A stretch of 64,000 bases of DNA. It comes from Neptunomonas sp. (GTDB taxonomy: Bacteria > Pseudomonadota > Gammaproteobacteria > Pseudomonadales > Balneatricaceae). Below, piece after piece: positions 1-9,576 of this stretch. Location of the stretch: positions 25,077 through 89,076 of the forward strand of contig NZ_JADGEV010000013.1 in NCBI RefSeq assembly GCF_016744175.1. The letters are read 5' to 3'. The translations under genes were made by a program, and so were the position numbers. Numbering within the stretch: the stretch's first letter is position 1; each line of letters begins with the position of its first letter. The notes below the pieces were generated by a model. The model ran no database searches. It was given only the letters and a program-made list of their open reading frames with translations, and was not told where the DNA came from.

Positions 1-69
1 AAACCAAGGCCGCAAGTCTGCGCAAAAGTGATGCTTGTAGTACTTGTGTTTGATCGTAAACTTTTGGCA
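1..69 (-). CDS. 5' end of an unidentified ORF that runs off the left edge of the window
   Basis: ATG at 69-67 on the minus strand with AAGGA 5 nt upstream, 24 nt downstream of the YeeE-family stop. Only 23 codons are visible (MPKVYDQTQVLQASLLRRLAALV) and no motif is recognisable. Confidence 0.3.
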
Positions 70-93
70 TGGTTATCCTTGTTTTGAAATAGT

Positions 94-1329
94 TTAGCAA
101 CGAGTGTTGGTTGCAGTTAGGTTGCTTAATTTAAACAGTGGTCGAATTAAGGTGCCGATCATACTGCCGAGAAAGGCAGCAACTAGCCACAACCAACCAT
201 GCAGACTGCCTGATGCTATACCACTAAAATAGGCGCCGATATTACAACCGAAAGCAATAGTGGCTCCGTACCCCAGCATCAGGCCGCCAATAACGGCCGC
301 AATCCAATGTGGCCAAGGCATACGCCATTGTATCGTAAGCTTGCCAGCGAGAGAGGCCGCTAGTAGCGCACCCATAATAATGCCTACATTCATTAGAGTT
401 CCAGCGTCAGACGTGAGTGGTTCCATTAATGCGGATTCGCGCCCTGGTTGCATCCAGTATGTCCAAAAATCTAATTCTAAATCAATATTTAACCATTCTG
501 CTGCTTTTGCTCCCCAAAGCGGGTAGGCAAGGGCAACTGCCCAAGGGCGACCAATCATGGCGAGTGTCATGAAATTTAGTACGGCTAATGCTACTGCACC
601 CCAAATAAAGGGCCAAGGGCCTAATAATAATTGGCGATGTAAGGGAAGAGAAGTGTCGTGAGTATCTTTATCAATGGAGCCATTTCGGCGTTTTTCGATT
701 CTCAATGTTATCCACGTAATAAATGCAAAAACTGATAAGTGAATGATAAGTGCGGGCACTAAACCAAACGCTTCAATAAATGAGTATGGAGCTAACTGGG
801 GAAGCGTTGTCCACCATTCATAGTCTTTTGTAGCCCAGAGAGCACCGACCGTGAATCCAAGCATGCTTGGAATAGCTCGGAGCTGCCCACCTCCAGCATG
901 ATAAAGGTTACCCGAAGCGCATCCATTACCTAGTTGCATGCCAATGCCAAAAATAAAAGCACCAATAACAATTGACCAACCTAATGGGCGAACAAAACCT
1001 GAAATATTTGTGCCCAATAAGTCCCCTGCTGCTAGTGCAGGAAAAAACAAGCAAACAGCAACCGACAGCATCAGCATTTGTGCTCTGAGGCCTTTGCCTT
1101 GCCCATGAGTGACAAAAGTGCGCCATGCAGTGGTGAAGCCAAATGCTGCGTGATATAACGCTAAGCCTAAGGCTGTCCCCAGCATCAATAAGCGTGCTTC
1201 ATGCCAAGACTCTATTTTGGCTATCCAAAAAAAGGCTGTGATACAGAGTAAAGTTACTATGCTCAGAGGGATAAAGTAACGCGCTGTGAATATGGGCGTT
1301 GTAACAATGGGGCGTGTACCAGAGGGCAT
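94..1329 (-). CDS. YeeE/YedE-family inner-membrane sulfur-compound (thiosulfate-type) transporter
   Basis: 411-aa polytopic membrane ORF with the two family-typical Cys loops (GNGCASGNLYH and FGCNIGAYFSG). Confidence 0.8.
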   Translation of the reverse strand: MPSGTRPIVTTPIFTARYFIPLSIVTLLCITAFFWIAKIESWHEARLLMLGTALGLALYHAAFGFTTAWRTFVTHGQGKGLRAQMLMLSVAVCLFFPALAAGDLLGTNISGFVRPLGWSIVIGAFIFGIGMQLGNGCASGNLYHAGGGQLRAIPSMLGFTVGALWATKDYEWWTTLPQLAPYSFIEAFGLVPALIIHLSVFAFITWITLRIEKRRNGSIDKDTHDTSLPLHRQLLLGPWPFIWGAVALAVLNFMTLAMIGRPWAVALAYPLWGAKAAEWLNIDLELDFWTYWMQPGRESALMEPLTSDAGTLMNVGIIMGALLAASLAGKLTIQWRMPWPHWIAAVIGGLMLGYGATIAFGCNIGAYFSGIASGSLHGWLWLVAAFLGSMIGTLIRPLFKLSNLTATNTRC

Positions 1330-1418
1330 ATGGAGAAAGCCAAGTATATACTGGGGCTAAAAGGGCTGGTTAATATACCACTCGTTGACGAATTCGTTAA
1401 GTGAATACTATGAGCACT

Positions 1419-1455
1419 AAAAAACAAGAATAGTCTGACGCTTTAACGTCAGACT
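1419..1455 (-). terminator. Rho-independent terminator of the Sel1-repeat gene
   Basis: 9-bp stem agtctgacg/cgtcagact (1432-1440 / 1447-1455). On the minus strand it is followed by attcttgtttttt. Confidence 0.7.
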
Positions 1456-1476
1456 ATAAAGCAGCGTTTAAACTGA

Positions 1477-2286
1477 TTAGTTCTTGAAAGGTTTTACATA
1501 GTCTTCTTCATAATCAGAAGCGAGTGTTTTTGCTTCGTCCATCTGATTTTCTTGAAGTTTCATGAGTAAGCGGCTCTCAATAGAAGATGCTGTGCCGTTA
1601 CCTAGAGCTGCTGCATTGTGCATCCATGCATAAGCAATGACGTCAGCTGGATGGCTGTTGTCTTGCCCGTACCCATTTGAATACAAAGTGCCTAAGAAAA
1701 ACATAGAATTGGTATAGCCTTGCTTAGCGGCTTTACGGTACCAAAGCTCTGCTTCTTTAAAGTTTTGTTCAACACCCGTACCGAAGTTATAGCTTCTGCC
1801 TACGTTATGCTGAGCCGCCACTAAGCCTTGATCAGCCGCTTTTTGGTATAACTCAAAAGCTAAGCGGCCATTACGGTCTGCTCCATAGCCAAATTCATAC
1901 ATTTCGCCGGCGCGGTTTTGAGCAGAAGCATCACCTGCTTTTGCTTTGGGTAATAGCGCATCGAGTTCGACTTTGTATTCTTTATTTTTTAGCTTTCTAA
2001 GGCTATTAACGCTATTGATGTTTCCTTTACGCGCGCCTTGGTCATAAAGCGATTGCGCTTTTTTGATGTCTTGATTAACACCCCACCCATTTTCATAGAG
2101 TTGACCCATGAGGTTGGTAGCATCAGCGTTTCCTTCTTTTGCTAAGTCCTTAAGATTATCCATTGCAGTTGCATAATCCTGCTTTTGAATAGCCTCAGTA
2201 GCAGCTGAAATACTGGCTGCCATAACACTCATGGATTGCAGCCCCAAGATAAGGCCTGCAGCGGCCAATAACGTTTTCTTGCTCAT
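1477..2286 (-). CDS. secreted Sel1-like (SLR/TPR-type) repeat protein
   Basis: N-terminal signal peptide (MSKKTLLAAAGLILGLQSMSVMA). Repeated ~36-aa units of the type A..(L/W)Y.kAA.qG...A...LG.lY..G.GV. Confidence 0.8.
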   Translation of the reverse strand: MSKKTLLAAAGLILGLQSMSVMAASISAATEAIQKQDYATAMDNLKDLAKEGNADATNLMGQLYENGWGVNQDIKKAQSLYDQGARKGNINSVNSLRKLKNKEYKVELDALLPKAKAGDASAQNRAGEMYEFGYGADRNGRLAFELYQKAADQGLVAAQHNVGRSYNFGTGVEQNFKEAELWYRKAAKQGYTNSMFFLGTLYSNGYGQDNSHPADVIAYAWMHNAAALGNGTASSIESRLLMKLQENQMDEAKTLASDYEEDYVKPFKN

Positions 2287-2503
2287 ATCTGGTCATGCCC
2301 CAACGGTTTTATGGGATTAAAAGTGGCACCATTATACAGATGCCCAGTCGCTATTTGAAATTGCCAACCCTAAGCACTTAGAATAAGATTGATAATTAAT
2401 TAGAACTTCCTAATGTTTGTATTTTAACGGATCGTATGCTGTGCTGCAGCAAAAAACCGCTCAAATCTTGATATCGGTTAATTTTCTGGAGTACTAATCG
2501 ATT

Positions 2504-2902
2504 CTAGTCTGAACGTTCTGCGCTGAGAAGTTCAATCATGTAGCCATCGGGGTCTTTTACAAAGGCTAGAATAGTATCGGAAGTCGTATCTTTCATAGGC
2601 CCTGCTTCACGTACAACTTCGCCACCTCTTGCTTTAATTGCATCGCATGCTTGATAAACATCGTCTACTTCAATAGCGATATGCCCATAAGCATTACCTA
2701 ACTCGTACTGGGCGGTATCCCAGTTATGAGTTAACTCAAGAGCGGTATGTTCAGACTCGTCGCCATAGCCAAGAAAGGCCAGAGTGAAGCGCCCCTGTGG
2801 GTAGTCTTTTTGACGTAATAGTTTCATTTCGAGTGTGTTTGTATAGAAGTCGATTGATTTGTTTAAATCAGTGACACGTAACATGGTATGTAACAGGCGC
2901 AT
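2504..2902 (-). CDS. gloA: lactoylglutathione lyase (glyoxalase I)
   Basis: 132 aa. [16 protein letters not shown]...LGM.. and ELTHNW.. are near-identical in pattern to enterobacterial GloA. Confidence 0.92.
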   Translation of the reverse strand: MRLLHTMLRVTDLNKSIDFYTNTLEMKLLRQKDYPQGRFTLAFLGYGDESEHTALELTHNWDTAQYELGNAYGHIAIEVDDVYQACDAIKARGGEVVREAGPMKDTTSDTILAFVKDPDGYMIELLSAERSD

Positions 2903-3029
2903 AAACCCTTCCTGAATGGCTATGAAATCTCAATAATTGGACCTAACAAAGTTGCCGAAAGCCTTCTAGAATGTAAGTATATCCTATGCGCAGTTATTAA
3001 TGTCGTGCGGTTTACTGAAGGACATGCCA

Positions 3030-3356
3030 ATGTTTCAAGATATGACAAAAAAAGTGAGTGAATCTATTGAGCCTTTTAAAGAGTTAGTCAATATTCAAAC
3101 ACGTATGCTCGAAGACCTTACTCGTCAGCAAATGGAGTGTACTAAATCCTGCATCAACGCCACGCTTGCGCAAACTAAACAACTTCAACAATGTAAATCA
3201 GCTAATGATTTGTTGGAGTTACAACAATCTTACGCGCAGGAATTAGAAGATACGTTAAAAGGAGCCAGTGATGAGAACCTGAAGTCACTGCATGATGCAC
3301 GTGATGAAATAGAAAAGATCACTAAAGACGCATTTAATGCTTTTGCTTCAGAATAG
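3030..3356 (+). CDS. phasin-family (PhaP-like) protein
   Basis: Small, helical, Q/E/L-rich protein with a phasin-like pattern (VNIQTRMLEDLTRQQ...LLELQQSYAQELEDTLK). The ATG at 3030 has GAAGGA 7 nt upstream. The ORF-track start at 3000 lacks an RBS. Confidence 0.6.
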   Translation: MFQDMTKKVSESIEPFKELVNIQTRMLEDLTRQQMECTKSCINATLAQTKQLQQCKSANDLLELQQSYAQELEDTLKGASDENLKSLHDARDEIEKITKDAFNAFASE

Positions 3357-3374
3357 TTTTTTAGTTTTATAGAT

Positions 3375-3398
3375 AAAAGCAGCTTTGGCTGCTTTTTT
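3375..3398 (+). terminator. Rho-independent terminator after the phasin gene
   Basis: aaaagcagc-tttg-gctgctttttt: GC-containing stem plus a T6 tract. Confidence 0.8.
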
Positions 3399-3460
3399 AA
3401 TACCTATATAAAACTGTTATCACCATTATAATAGGCACCTGTGTTGAATATGAGGTAGTT

Positions 3461-3976
3461 ATGAGTAAGCAGGTCGGCGTTATTTATGGATCGACAACAG
3501 GCAATACCGAACGTGCTGCTGAGCTAATAGTTGAGCAGCTAGGGTCGCAAGCTGTATTACATAACATTGTTGATTTAGGTTTGGAGGGTATTGCAGATTA
3601 CGATATTTGTATTTTTGGCATCCCTACATGGGACTTTGGTGAACTGCAGGAAGATTGGCAAGATATCTGGAATGAGTTTTCTCATCTGGACCTAAGAGGA
3701 AAGCCATGTGCCTTGTTTGGCTTGGGTGATCAAATCGGATACGGCGAATGGTTTTTGGATGCAATGGGATTACTCCATGAATTGCTAGAAACGGCTGAAG
3801 CGGTAGTGCACGGGAAATGGCCTGTTGCTGGTTATGAGTTTGAAGCATCTAAGGCGTTGACTGAAGATGGAGAGTTTTTTGTGGGTTTAGCACTGGATGA
3901 TGATTGTCAGATGGCAGAATCAGATGAGCGTATTGCTGAATGGTTAGTACAATTAAAACCACTGTTTGATCTGTGA
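3461..3976 (+). CDS. fldA: long-chain flavodoxin
   Basis: 171 aa. FMN phosphate loop GSTTGNTE at the N-terminus, PTW motif, acidic composition. GAGG RBS upstream. Confidence 0.9.
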   Translation: MSKQVGVIYGSTTGNTERAAELIVEQLGSQAVLHNIVDLGLEGIADYDICIFGIPTWDFGELQEDWQDIWNEFSHLDLRGKPCALFGLGDQIGYGEWFLDAMGLLHELLETAEAVVHGKWPVAGYEFEASKALTEDGEFFVGLALDDDCQMAESDERIAEWLVQLKPLFDL

Positions 3977-4055
3977 AAAGTCGATGAGATCACATCGAAA
4001 TGATATCGTGTACGATTACATTCATAATCATAATTAGCTTTATGGAAGCATTCTT

Positions 4056-4559
4056 ATGGTGGGTAATGGCAGTGTAGAAAAGGCACGTGAATTTGCCGTA
4101 AAGGCACATGGTAAGCAATTGTATGGTGAGTTACCGTATTCTGTACACCTTGATGCTGTTGCATCACTGGTAAAGCCCTATGGTGCAGCGGCTGAAGTTA
4201 TCGCTTACTTACATGATGTCGTTGAAGATACAGACGTGACCATCGATGAGATTTCTACAGAGTTTGGTGTTTTTGTGTCGAAATGCGTAGCGATAGTGAC
4301 GGATGAGCCTGGTAAAACAAGGAAAGAGCGTAAAGCTAAAACATATGAAAAAATGGCTCATGTGAATGGCGAAGAAACGCTTGCCTTGCTTGTGAAATCT
4401 GCAGACCGTTTGGCAAATGTTAGAGCGTGTGTCGCAGAAAGCAATCGTCGTTTGTTGGACATATATTTGTCTGAGTACTCTGTCTTTAAGCAGTCAGTTT
4501 ATCGTGAAAGTCTGTGTGAAGAAATTTGGTTAGAGTTACAAAAAATGCACACTACTTGA
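4056..4559 (+). CDS. stand-alone SpoT/Mesh1-type HD hydrolase (small alarmone hydrolase-like)
   Basis: 167 aa carrying only the (p)ppGpp-hydrolase motifs AHGKQ..GELPY..H, LHDVVEDT and KSADRLANVR. No synthetase or TGS/ACT domains. Confidence 0.75.
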   Translation: MVGNGSVEKAREFAVKAHGKQLYGELPYSVHLDAVASLVKPYGAAAEVIAYLHDVVEDTDVTIDEISTEFGVFVSKCVAIVTDEPGKTRKERKAKTYEKMAHVNGEETLALLVKSADRLANVRACVAESNRRLLDIYLSEYSVFKQSVYRESLCEEIWLELQKMHTT

Positions 4560-4568
4560 GCCTCTTTT

Positions 4569-5249
4569 TTAAGCAAGGTTAACAAGCCAGTAAACCCCCG
4601 TGGCAGAAATTCCTCCTATTACGCACATCAGTAAATAATTAGTCTTGGGTAAGGTATTAAGAGGAGTGTTGATGGTTTTATCACCACTGATCATCCCCTT
4701 TATTAAAGGCTCTTTCTTAATGAGGCTATGGTAGGCGACTGCGGTTAGGTGTAATGCAATGGCCGCTAAAAGAAAGTTAAAGTTCAAGTGATGGATGGAC
4801 GTAAGTAGGTCACCAGTTTTACTGCTTACGAGGATATAAAGAGGACCTTCTGTAAATATGTCATCACTCGTGAAAAGTCCAGATATTGCTTGGATAAGCA
4901 CTAATAAAAGTAGTGTCAGCACCATCCAGCCACCGAGAGGGTTGTGCCCGATATAAGCTTTACTCTGTTTGTTTAAAAGTTTTTGTGCATATGTAAAAGT
5001 GTTTTTTGGGCTGTACAAAAAATTTGAAAAACGCGCATAACGACTACCCATGAAACCCCATAAGAACCGGTATGTAACTAACCCAAGCATGTAATATCCA
5101 GTATAGATATGCCATTTCATGATAGTGCCGCCTTCTTCACCTGAAAACCATAAAAACCCAATACCTGCGACCAGTGACCAGTGCATTAATCGGATAGATA
5201 TATCCCACACTTTAACGGTGTTGTTTTGATAAATAGAAGCGTCGTTCAA
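4569..5249 (-). CDS. cytochrome b561 / Ni-Fe-hydrogenase-type b cytochrome family membrane protein
   Basis: 226 aa with 4 TM helices and conserved His positions (MHWSLV.., WHIYTGY.., IGHNPLGG, SIHHLNF..ALHL). The start lies 3 nt after the nhaD stop. Confidence 0.7.
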   Translation of the reverse strand: MNDASIYQNNTVKVWDISIRLMHWSLVAGIGFLWFSGEEGGTIMKWHIYTGYYMLGLVTYRFLWGFMGSRYARFSNFLYSPKNTFTYAQKLLNKQSKAYIGHNPLGGWMVLTLLLLVLIQAISGLFTSDDIFTEGPLYILVSSKTGDLLTSIHHLNFNFLLAAIALHLTAVAYHSLIKKEPLIKGMISGDKTINTPLNTLPKTNYLLMCVIGGISATGVYWLVNLA

Positions 5250-5251
5250 AA

Positions 5252-6742
5252 TTAAACTCCGTTAATCCATAAGTGAGTAAAAATGCTCAATACATAACCT
5301 AAAGCAATGGCCCAGCTCCACTTTAAGTGGCTCAGAAAAGTATAGGTACCTTGGGCTTGTCCCATCAGTGCAATACCCGCAGCAGAGCCCACAGAGAGTA
5401 AAGATCCACCTACGCCTGCGGTAAGGGTGACTAATAGCCACTCATTCGTATTCATAACAGGATTCATGGTAAGCACCGCGAACATAACAGGGATGTTATC
5501 TATGACGGCGGAGAGAACACCGATCAAGGAATTAGCCCATGTTGTACCTAATGAGCCATAAAGCGCGTCAGACAGTAATGCGAGATAGCCTAATGTTGAG
5601 AGTCCGCCAACACATAGGACCACGCCATAGAAAAACATCAGTGTATCCCATGAAGCTCGCTCTACAACATTGAAGATATCAAAGCGTCTGATTACATCTG
5701 TATGATCACCGCCAACGTTACGCATATCTTGAATATTGTCTTTGTGGTGGTGATGTATATGCCCGTGATCAATCACGGATGATTCGTGCTGGCATAAGTA
5801 ATAGCCATAAAGCTTCAGTACGCCTAATCCCGTCATCATGCCTAGGACAGGTGGTAGGTTTAAGATGCTGTGCGCACTAACAGAAACGGCAATGGTCATA
5901 AGAAACAGAGTAATGACAGTGCTCCCGCCTTTTTTCATATTCTGTTGATGTTCTTTATGAAGGGTGGGTGGTGCTTTCTCAACGACAAAAGACATGATGA
6001 ATGCAGGGACAAGCCAATTAACTAGCGAGGGGATAAACAAGTTAAAAAATTCTTGGAATTGTACGGTGCCTTTTTGCCACACCATGAGAGTAGTGATATC
6101 ACCAAAAGGGCTAAAGGCTCCGCCCGCATTGGCGGCGACAACAATGTTGATGCACCCAACAGTAACAAATTTAGTGTAATTGTTACCCACCGCCATGACG
6201 ACAGCACCCATTAATAGTGCAGTGGATAAGTTGTCGGCGAGAGGTGATATGAAAAAAGCGAGCGTGCCAGTAATCCAATAGATTTGTAAAATAGAGAAAT
6301 TCTTGAGGACTAACCAGCTTCGCAAAGCGGCAAAAACATTGCGTTCCTCCATCATATTGATAAAGGTCATCGCGGCGAGTAAGAACAAAAACAGTTCGGC
6401 ATATTCAAGGATGTTGTGTCGAACGGCAATGCCTGCTGTTTCAGTATCTCCATGCACAGCATAACCAATGCCGACAACTAGCCATATAAGCCCCGCAGCA
6501 ATAATAATAGGTTTAGATTTACGCAAGCGCGTAAACTCTTCGCCTAGCACAAATAAATACCCTACAAAAAAAATAAAGAGTGATAAATAACCAAATATCG
6601 AGTCAGTAAGGTCTATATCTTGTTGGCCTGTATTAGCGGTGAAAGCCCATGCTGGTGTATATAACATTGATACAAACAGGGCGAGCATGACAGTAAGAAC
6701 AAGGAAAGAGATGTAGTTGTGTTGGGTAAGAAATTTTTTCAT
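5252..6742 (-). CDS. nhaD: NhaD-type Na+/H+ antiporter
   Basis: 496-aa polytopic ORF with a signal-like N-terminus and NhaD/ArsB-superfamily pattern (LRKSKP.I.AAGLIW, SP.ADNLSTALLMG, NIPVMFAVL). Confidence 0.8.
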   Translation of the reverse strand: MKKFLTQHNYISFLVLTVMLALFVSMLYTPAWAFTANTGQQDIDLTDSIFGYLSLFIFFVGYLFVLGEEFTRLRKSKPIIIAAGLIWLVVGIGYAVHGDTETAGIAVRHNILEYAELFLFLLAAMTFINMMEERNVFAALRSWLVLKNFSILQIYWITGTLAFFISPLADNLSTALLMGAVVMAVGNNYTKFVTVGCINIVVAANAGGAFSPFGDITTLMVWQKGTVQFQEFFNLFIPSLVNWLVPAFIMSFVVEKAPPTLHKEHQQNMKKGGSTVITLFLMTIAVSVSAHSILNLPPVLGMMTGLGVLKLYGYYLCQHESSVIDHGHIHHHHKDNIQDMRNVGGDHTDVIRRFDIFNVVERASWDTLMFFYGVVLCVGGLSTLGYLALLSDALYGSLGTTWANSLIGVLSAVIDNIPVMFAVLTMNPVMNTNEWLLVTLTAGVGGSLLSVGSAAGIALMGQAQGTYTFLSHLKWSWAIALGYVLSIFTHLWINGV

Positions 6743-6891
6743 GAAATTATTTTGGTATATATCGGTTTAAAAGTCGAATTGTGCACTGCAAAAAAATACA
6801 ATTAACATATAACTGTTACAAAGATTTAAAGCCGAGCGCGTATCGGTTAAAATACTTTCCCTTTTGAATTTGCGAGTGTTGGGCATTAACG

Positions 6892-7986
6892 ATGGAAGTC
6901 AATCCGATCATAAATGACTTGAAGGATATCGGTGAGCGAACGGCATCGCTTTATAGCTATCTGGATTATCCAGGCACGAAAGAGCGCCTGGAAGAAGTAG
7001 AACGTGAGCTTGAAGATCCTGCGGTCTGGAATGATCCTGAGAATGCTCAAAAACTAGGTAAAGAGCGTTCGGCATTAGATGCTATCGTCAGTACATTGGA
7101 TACGCTAAAGCATGGCGCGACTGATACTCGCGAATTGTTGGATATGGCTGTTGACGAAGATGACGAAGAAACAGTTGAAGAAGTCATTGCTGAAGTCAGC
7201 GGTTTGATGGCTAAACTTGAAACGCTTGAATTTCGCCGCATGTTTTCTGGTGAAGTTGACCCAAATAATGCCTTTTTGGACATCCAGTCAGGTTCTGGTG
7301 GTACGGAAGCGCAGGATTGGGCCAATATGGTGCTGCGAATGTACCTGCGTTGGGGTGAAGATAAGGGCTTTAAAACAGAGCTGGTTGAAGCCTCTGATGG
7401 TGATGTTGCGGGTATTAAATCGGCAACTATTCGCTTTGAAGGTGAGTATGCCTTTGGTTGGTTGCGTACAGAAACCGGTGTGCATCGCTTAGTGCGTAAA
7501 TCACCCTTTGATTCGGGTGGTCGTCGCCATACATCGTTTTGCTCGGTATTTGTCTCGCCTGAGATTGACGATAATATTGAAGTAGATATTAACCCGGCAG
7601 ATTTACGCGTTGATGTTTATCGAGCCTCTGGCGCGGGTGGTCAGCATGTTAACCGTACCGAGTCTGCCGTACGTATTACTCATGGACCTTCTGGGATTGT
7701 GGTGCAGAGTCAAAGCCAGCGGTCACAGCATCAGAACAAAGACACTTGTATGAAGCAGCTACGGGCTAAATTATACGAGATGGAAATGCTCAAGCGTAGC
7801 GAGGCTGCACAAGAGTTAGAAGACTCCAAAGCTGATATCGGCTGGGGAAGTCAGATTCGCTCTTATGTTCTGGATGATCAGCGTATTAAAGATCTACGTA
7901 CCAATGTGCAGTCCTCCAACTGTGACAAAGTGCTGGACGGCGATCTCGATCTATTTATTGAAGCTAGCTTGAAAGCTGGTTTGTAA
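6892..7986 (+). CDS. prfB: peptide chain release factor 2, encoded as one uninterrupted frame
   Basis: SPF tripeptide ([14 protein letters not shown]) and GGQ ([16 protein letters not shown]). Collinear with E. coli RF2 from residue 1. No in-frame stop at the position of the E. coli +1 frameshift. Confidence 0.95.
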   Translation: MEVNPIINDLKDIGERTASLYSYLDYPGTKERLEEVERELEDPAVWNDPENAQKLGKERSALDAIVSTLDTLKHGATDTRELLDMAVDEDDEETVEEVIAEVSGLMAKLETLEFRRMFSGEVDPNNAFLDIQSGSGGTEAQDWANMVLRMYLRWGEDKGFKTELVEASDGDVAGIKSATIRFEGEYAFGWLRTETGVHRLVRKSPFDSGGRRHTSFCSVFVSPEIDDNIEVDINPADLRVDVYRASGAGGQHVNRTESAVRITHGPSGIVVQSQSQRSQHQNKDTCMKQLRAKLYEMEMLKRSEAAQELEDSKADIGWGSQIRSYVLDDQRIKDLRTNVQSSNCDKVLDGDLDLFIEASLKAGL

Positions 7987-8016
7987 AAACTATTAACTTA
8001 AAGGTTCACCACACCC

Positions 8017-9531
8017 ATGTCTGACAACAATCAGAAGCAAGATCAGAAACAAGATGAAAACCGACTGGTTGCAGAGCGTCGGGAAAAATTGAATGCTTTA
8101 CGTGAAGCGGGAAATGCTTTTCCTAATAGCTTTCGTCGAGACAGCTATGCACAAGACCTGCAAGAGCAATACGGCGAACAGACGAAAGAAGAGTTAGAAG
8201 CTGCAGGCCATACCGTCAGTATTGCGGGGCGTGTTGTGCTTAACCGCGGGGCGTTTGGTGTTATTCAGGATGTGAGTGGGCGTATTCAGTTTTACGTGAA
8301 TAAAGACGCACGCCCGTTTGCCAAAAGTTTGGACCTAGGTGATATCATTGGTGTAACCGGTGTTCTTCATAAGTCAGGCAAGGGTGACTTATACGTGGAC
8401 TTGGGCGAGTATCAACTACTCACAAAAAATCTGCGTCCATTACCTGATAAGCACAAAGGGTTACAGGATACTGAGATGCGTTATCGTCAGCGTTATGTCG
8501 ACCTGATAACCAATGAGCAATCTCGTAAAGTTTTCGAAGCACGTTCTAAAATTGTGTCAGGTATTCGTAAATTCCTGACTGAGCGTCGCTTTATCGAAGT
8601 CGAAACACCTATGCTACAGGTTATTCCTGGTGGCGCGACGGCACGCCCGTTTGTAACACATCATAATGCGCTGGATCGTGATATGTATCTGCGTATTGCC
8701 CCTGAGCTTTATTTAAAGCGCTTGGTTGTGGGTGGTTTTGAGAGTGTTTTCGAAATTAATCGTAGCTTTCGTAACGAAGGTCTTTCAACGCGCCATAATC
8801 CTGAATTCACCATGATTGAGTTTTATCAGGCTTATTCTGATTATAAAGATCTAATGGATTTGACAGAAAATATGCTGCGCCAAGTCGCTCAAGATGTGTT
8901 GGGTACTACGACCATTGTCAATACAGTGCGCAATGATGACGGCGAAGTACTTGAAACTTTCGAGTATGATTTATCAAAACCGTTTACTCGTTTGAGCGTT
9001 TTTGATTCAATTTTACAATACAACCCAGATATCACAGCTGAAGCATTGGCAGATGACCATGCAGCGCGTCAGATTGCACAGCGTCTAGATATAGATGTAA
9101 AAGACGGTTGGGGTTTAGGTAAAGTTCAAATTGAAATCTTTGAGAAAACAGTTGAGCACTTGTTGCAGCAGCCAACGTTTATCACTGAATACCCAACAGA
9201 AGTTTCTCCGTTGGCGCGGCGTAGTGACAATAACCCATTCGTGACTGACCGTTTTGAGTTCTTCGTAGCTGGCCGTGAGCTAGCTAATGGTTTCTCGGAG
9301 TTGAATGACTCTGAAGACCAGGCTGAACGTTTTAAAGCGCAGGTAGCAGAGATGGAAGCGGGCGATGATGAAGCCATGCATTACGATGCAGACTACATCA
9401 ACGCGCTAGAGTATGGCTTGCCACCAACAGCCGGTGAAGGTATTGGTATTGACCGTTTGGTGATGCTATTTACTGACTCGCCGTCTATCCGCGATGTTAT
9501 TTTCTTCCCAGCTATGCGTCCGCGTGCTTAG
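8017..9531 (+). CDS. lysS: lysyl-tRNA synthetase (class II)
   Basis: 504 aa with class II motifs (FRNEG.., [15 protein letters not shown]). Conserved prfB-lysS operon order. Confidence 0.96.
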   Translation: MSDNNQKQDQKQDENRLVAERREKLNALREAGNAFPNSFRRDSYAQDLQEQYGEQTKEELEAAGHTVSIAGRVVLNRGAFGVIQDVSGRIQFYVNKDARPFAKSLDLGDIIGVTGVLHKSGKGDLYVDLGEYQLLTKNLRPLPDKHKGLQDTEMRYRQRYVDLITNEQSRKVFEARSKIVSGIRKFLTERRFIEVETPMLQVIPGGATARPFVTHHNALDRDMYLRIAPELYLKRLVVGGFESVFEINRSFRNEGLSTRHNPEFTMIEFYQAYSDYKDLMDLTENMLRQVAQDVLGTTTIVNTVRNDDGEVLETFEYDLSKPFTRLSVFDSILQYNPDITAEALADDHAARQIAQRLDIDVKDGWGLGKVQIEIFEKTVEHLLQQPTFITEYPTEVSPLARRSDNNPFVTDRFEFFVAGRELANGFSELNDSEDQAERFKAQVAEMEAGDDEAMHYDADYINALEYGLPPTAGEGIGIDRLVMLFTDSPSIRDVIFFPAMRPRA

Positions 9532-9544
9532 GCATTAGTAAATT

Positions 9545-9572
9545 GAAAAAAACTGCTTCGGCAGTTTTTTTT
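9545..9572 (+). terminator. Rho-independent terminator after lysS
   Basis: aaaaaactgc-ttcg-gcagtttttttt. Confidence 0.85.
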
Positions 9573-9576
9573 ATGT

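Noticed and set aside
3416-3433. A possible Fur box lies in front of the flavodoxin gene (gttatcaccattataata).
   Set aside because: My best hand alignment to GATAATGATAATCATTATC gives only about 11/19 matches, which is too weak to call without a matrix scan.
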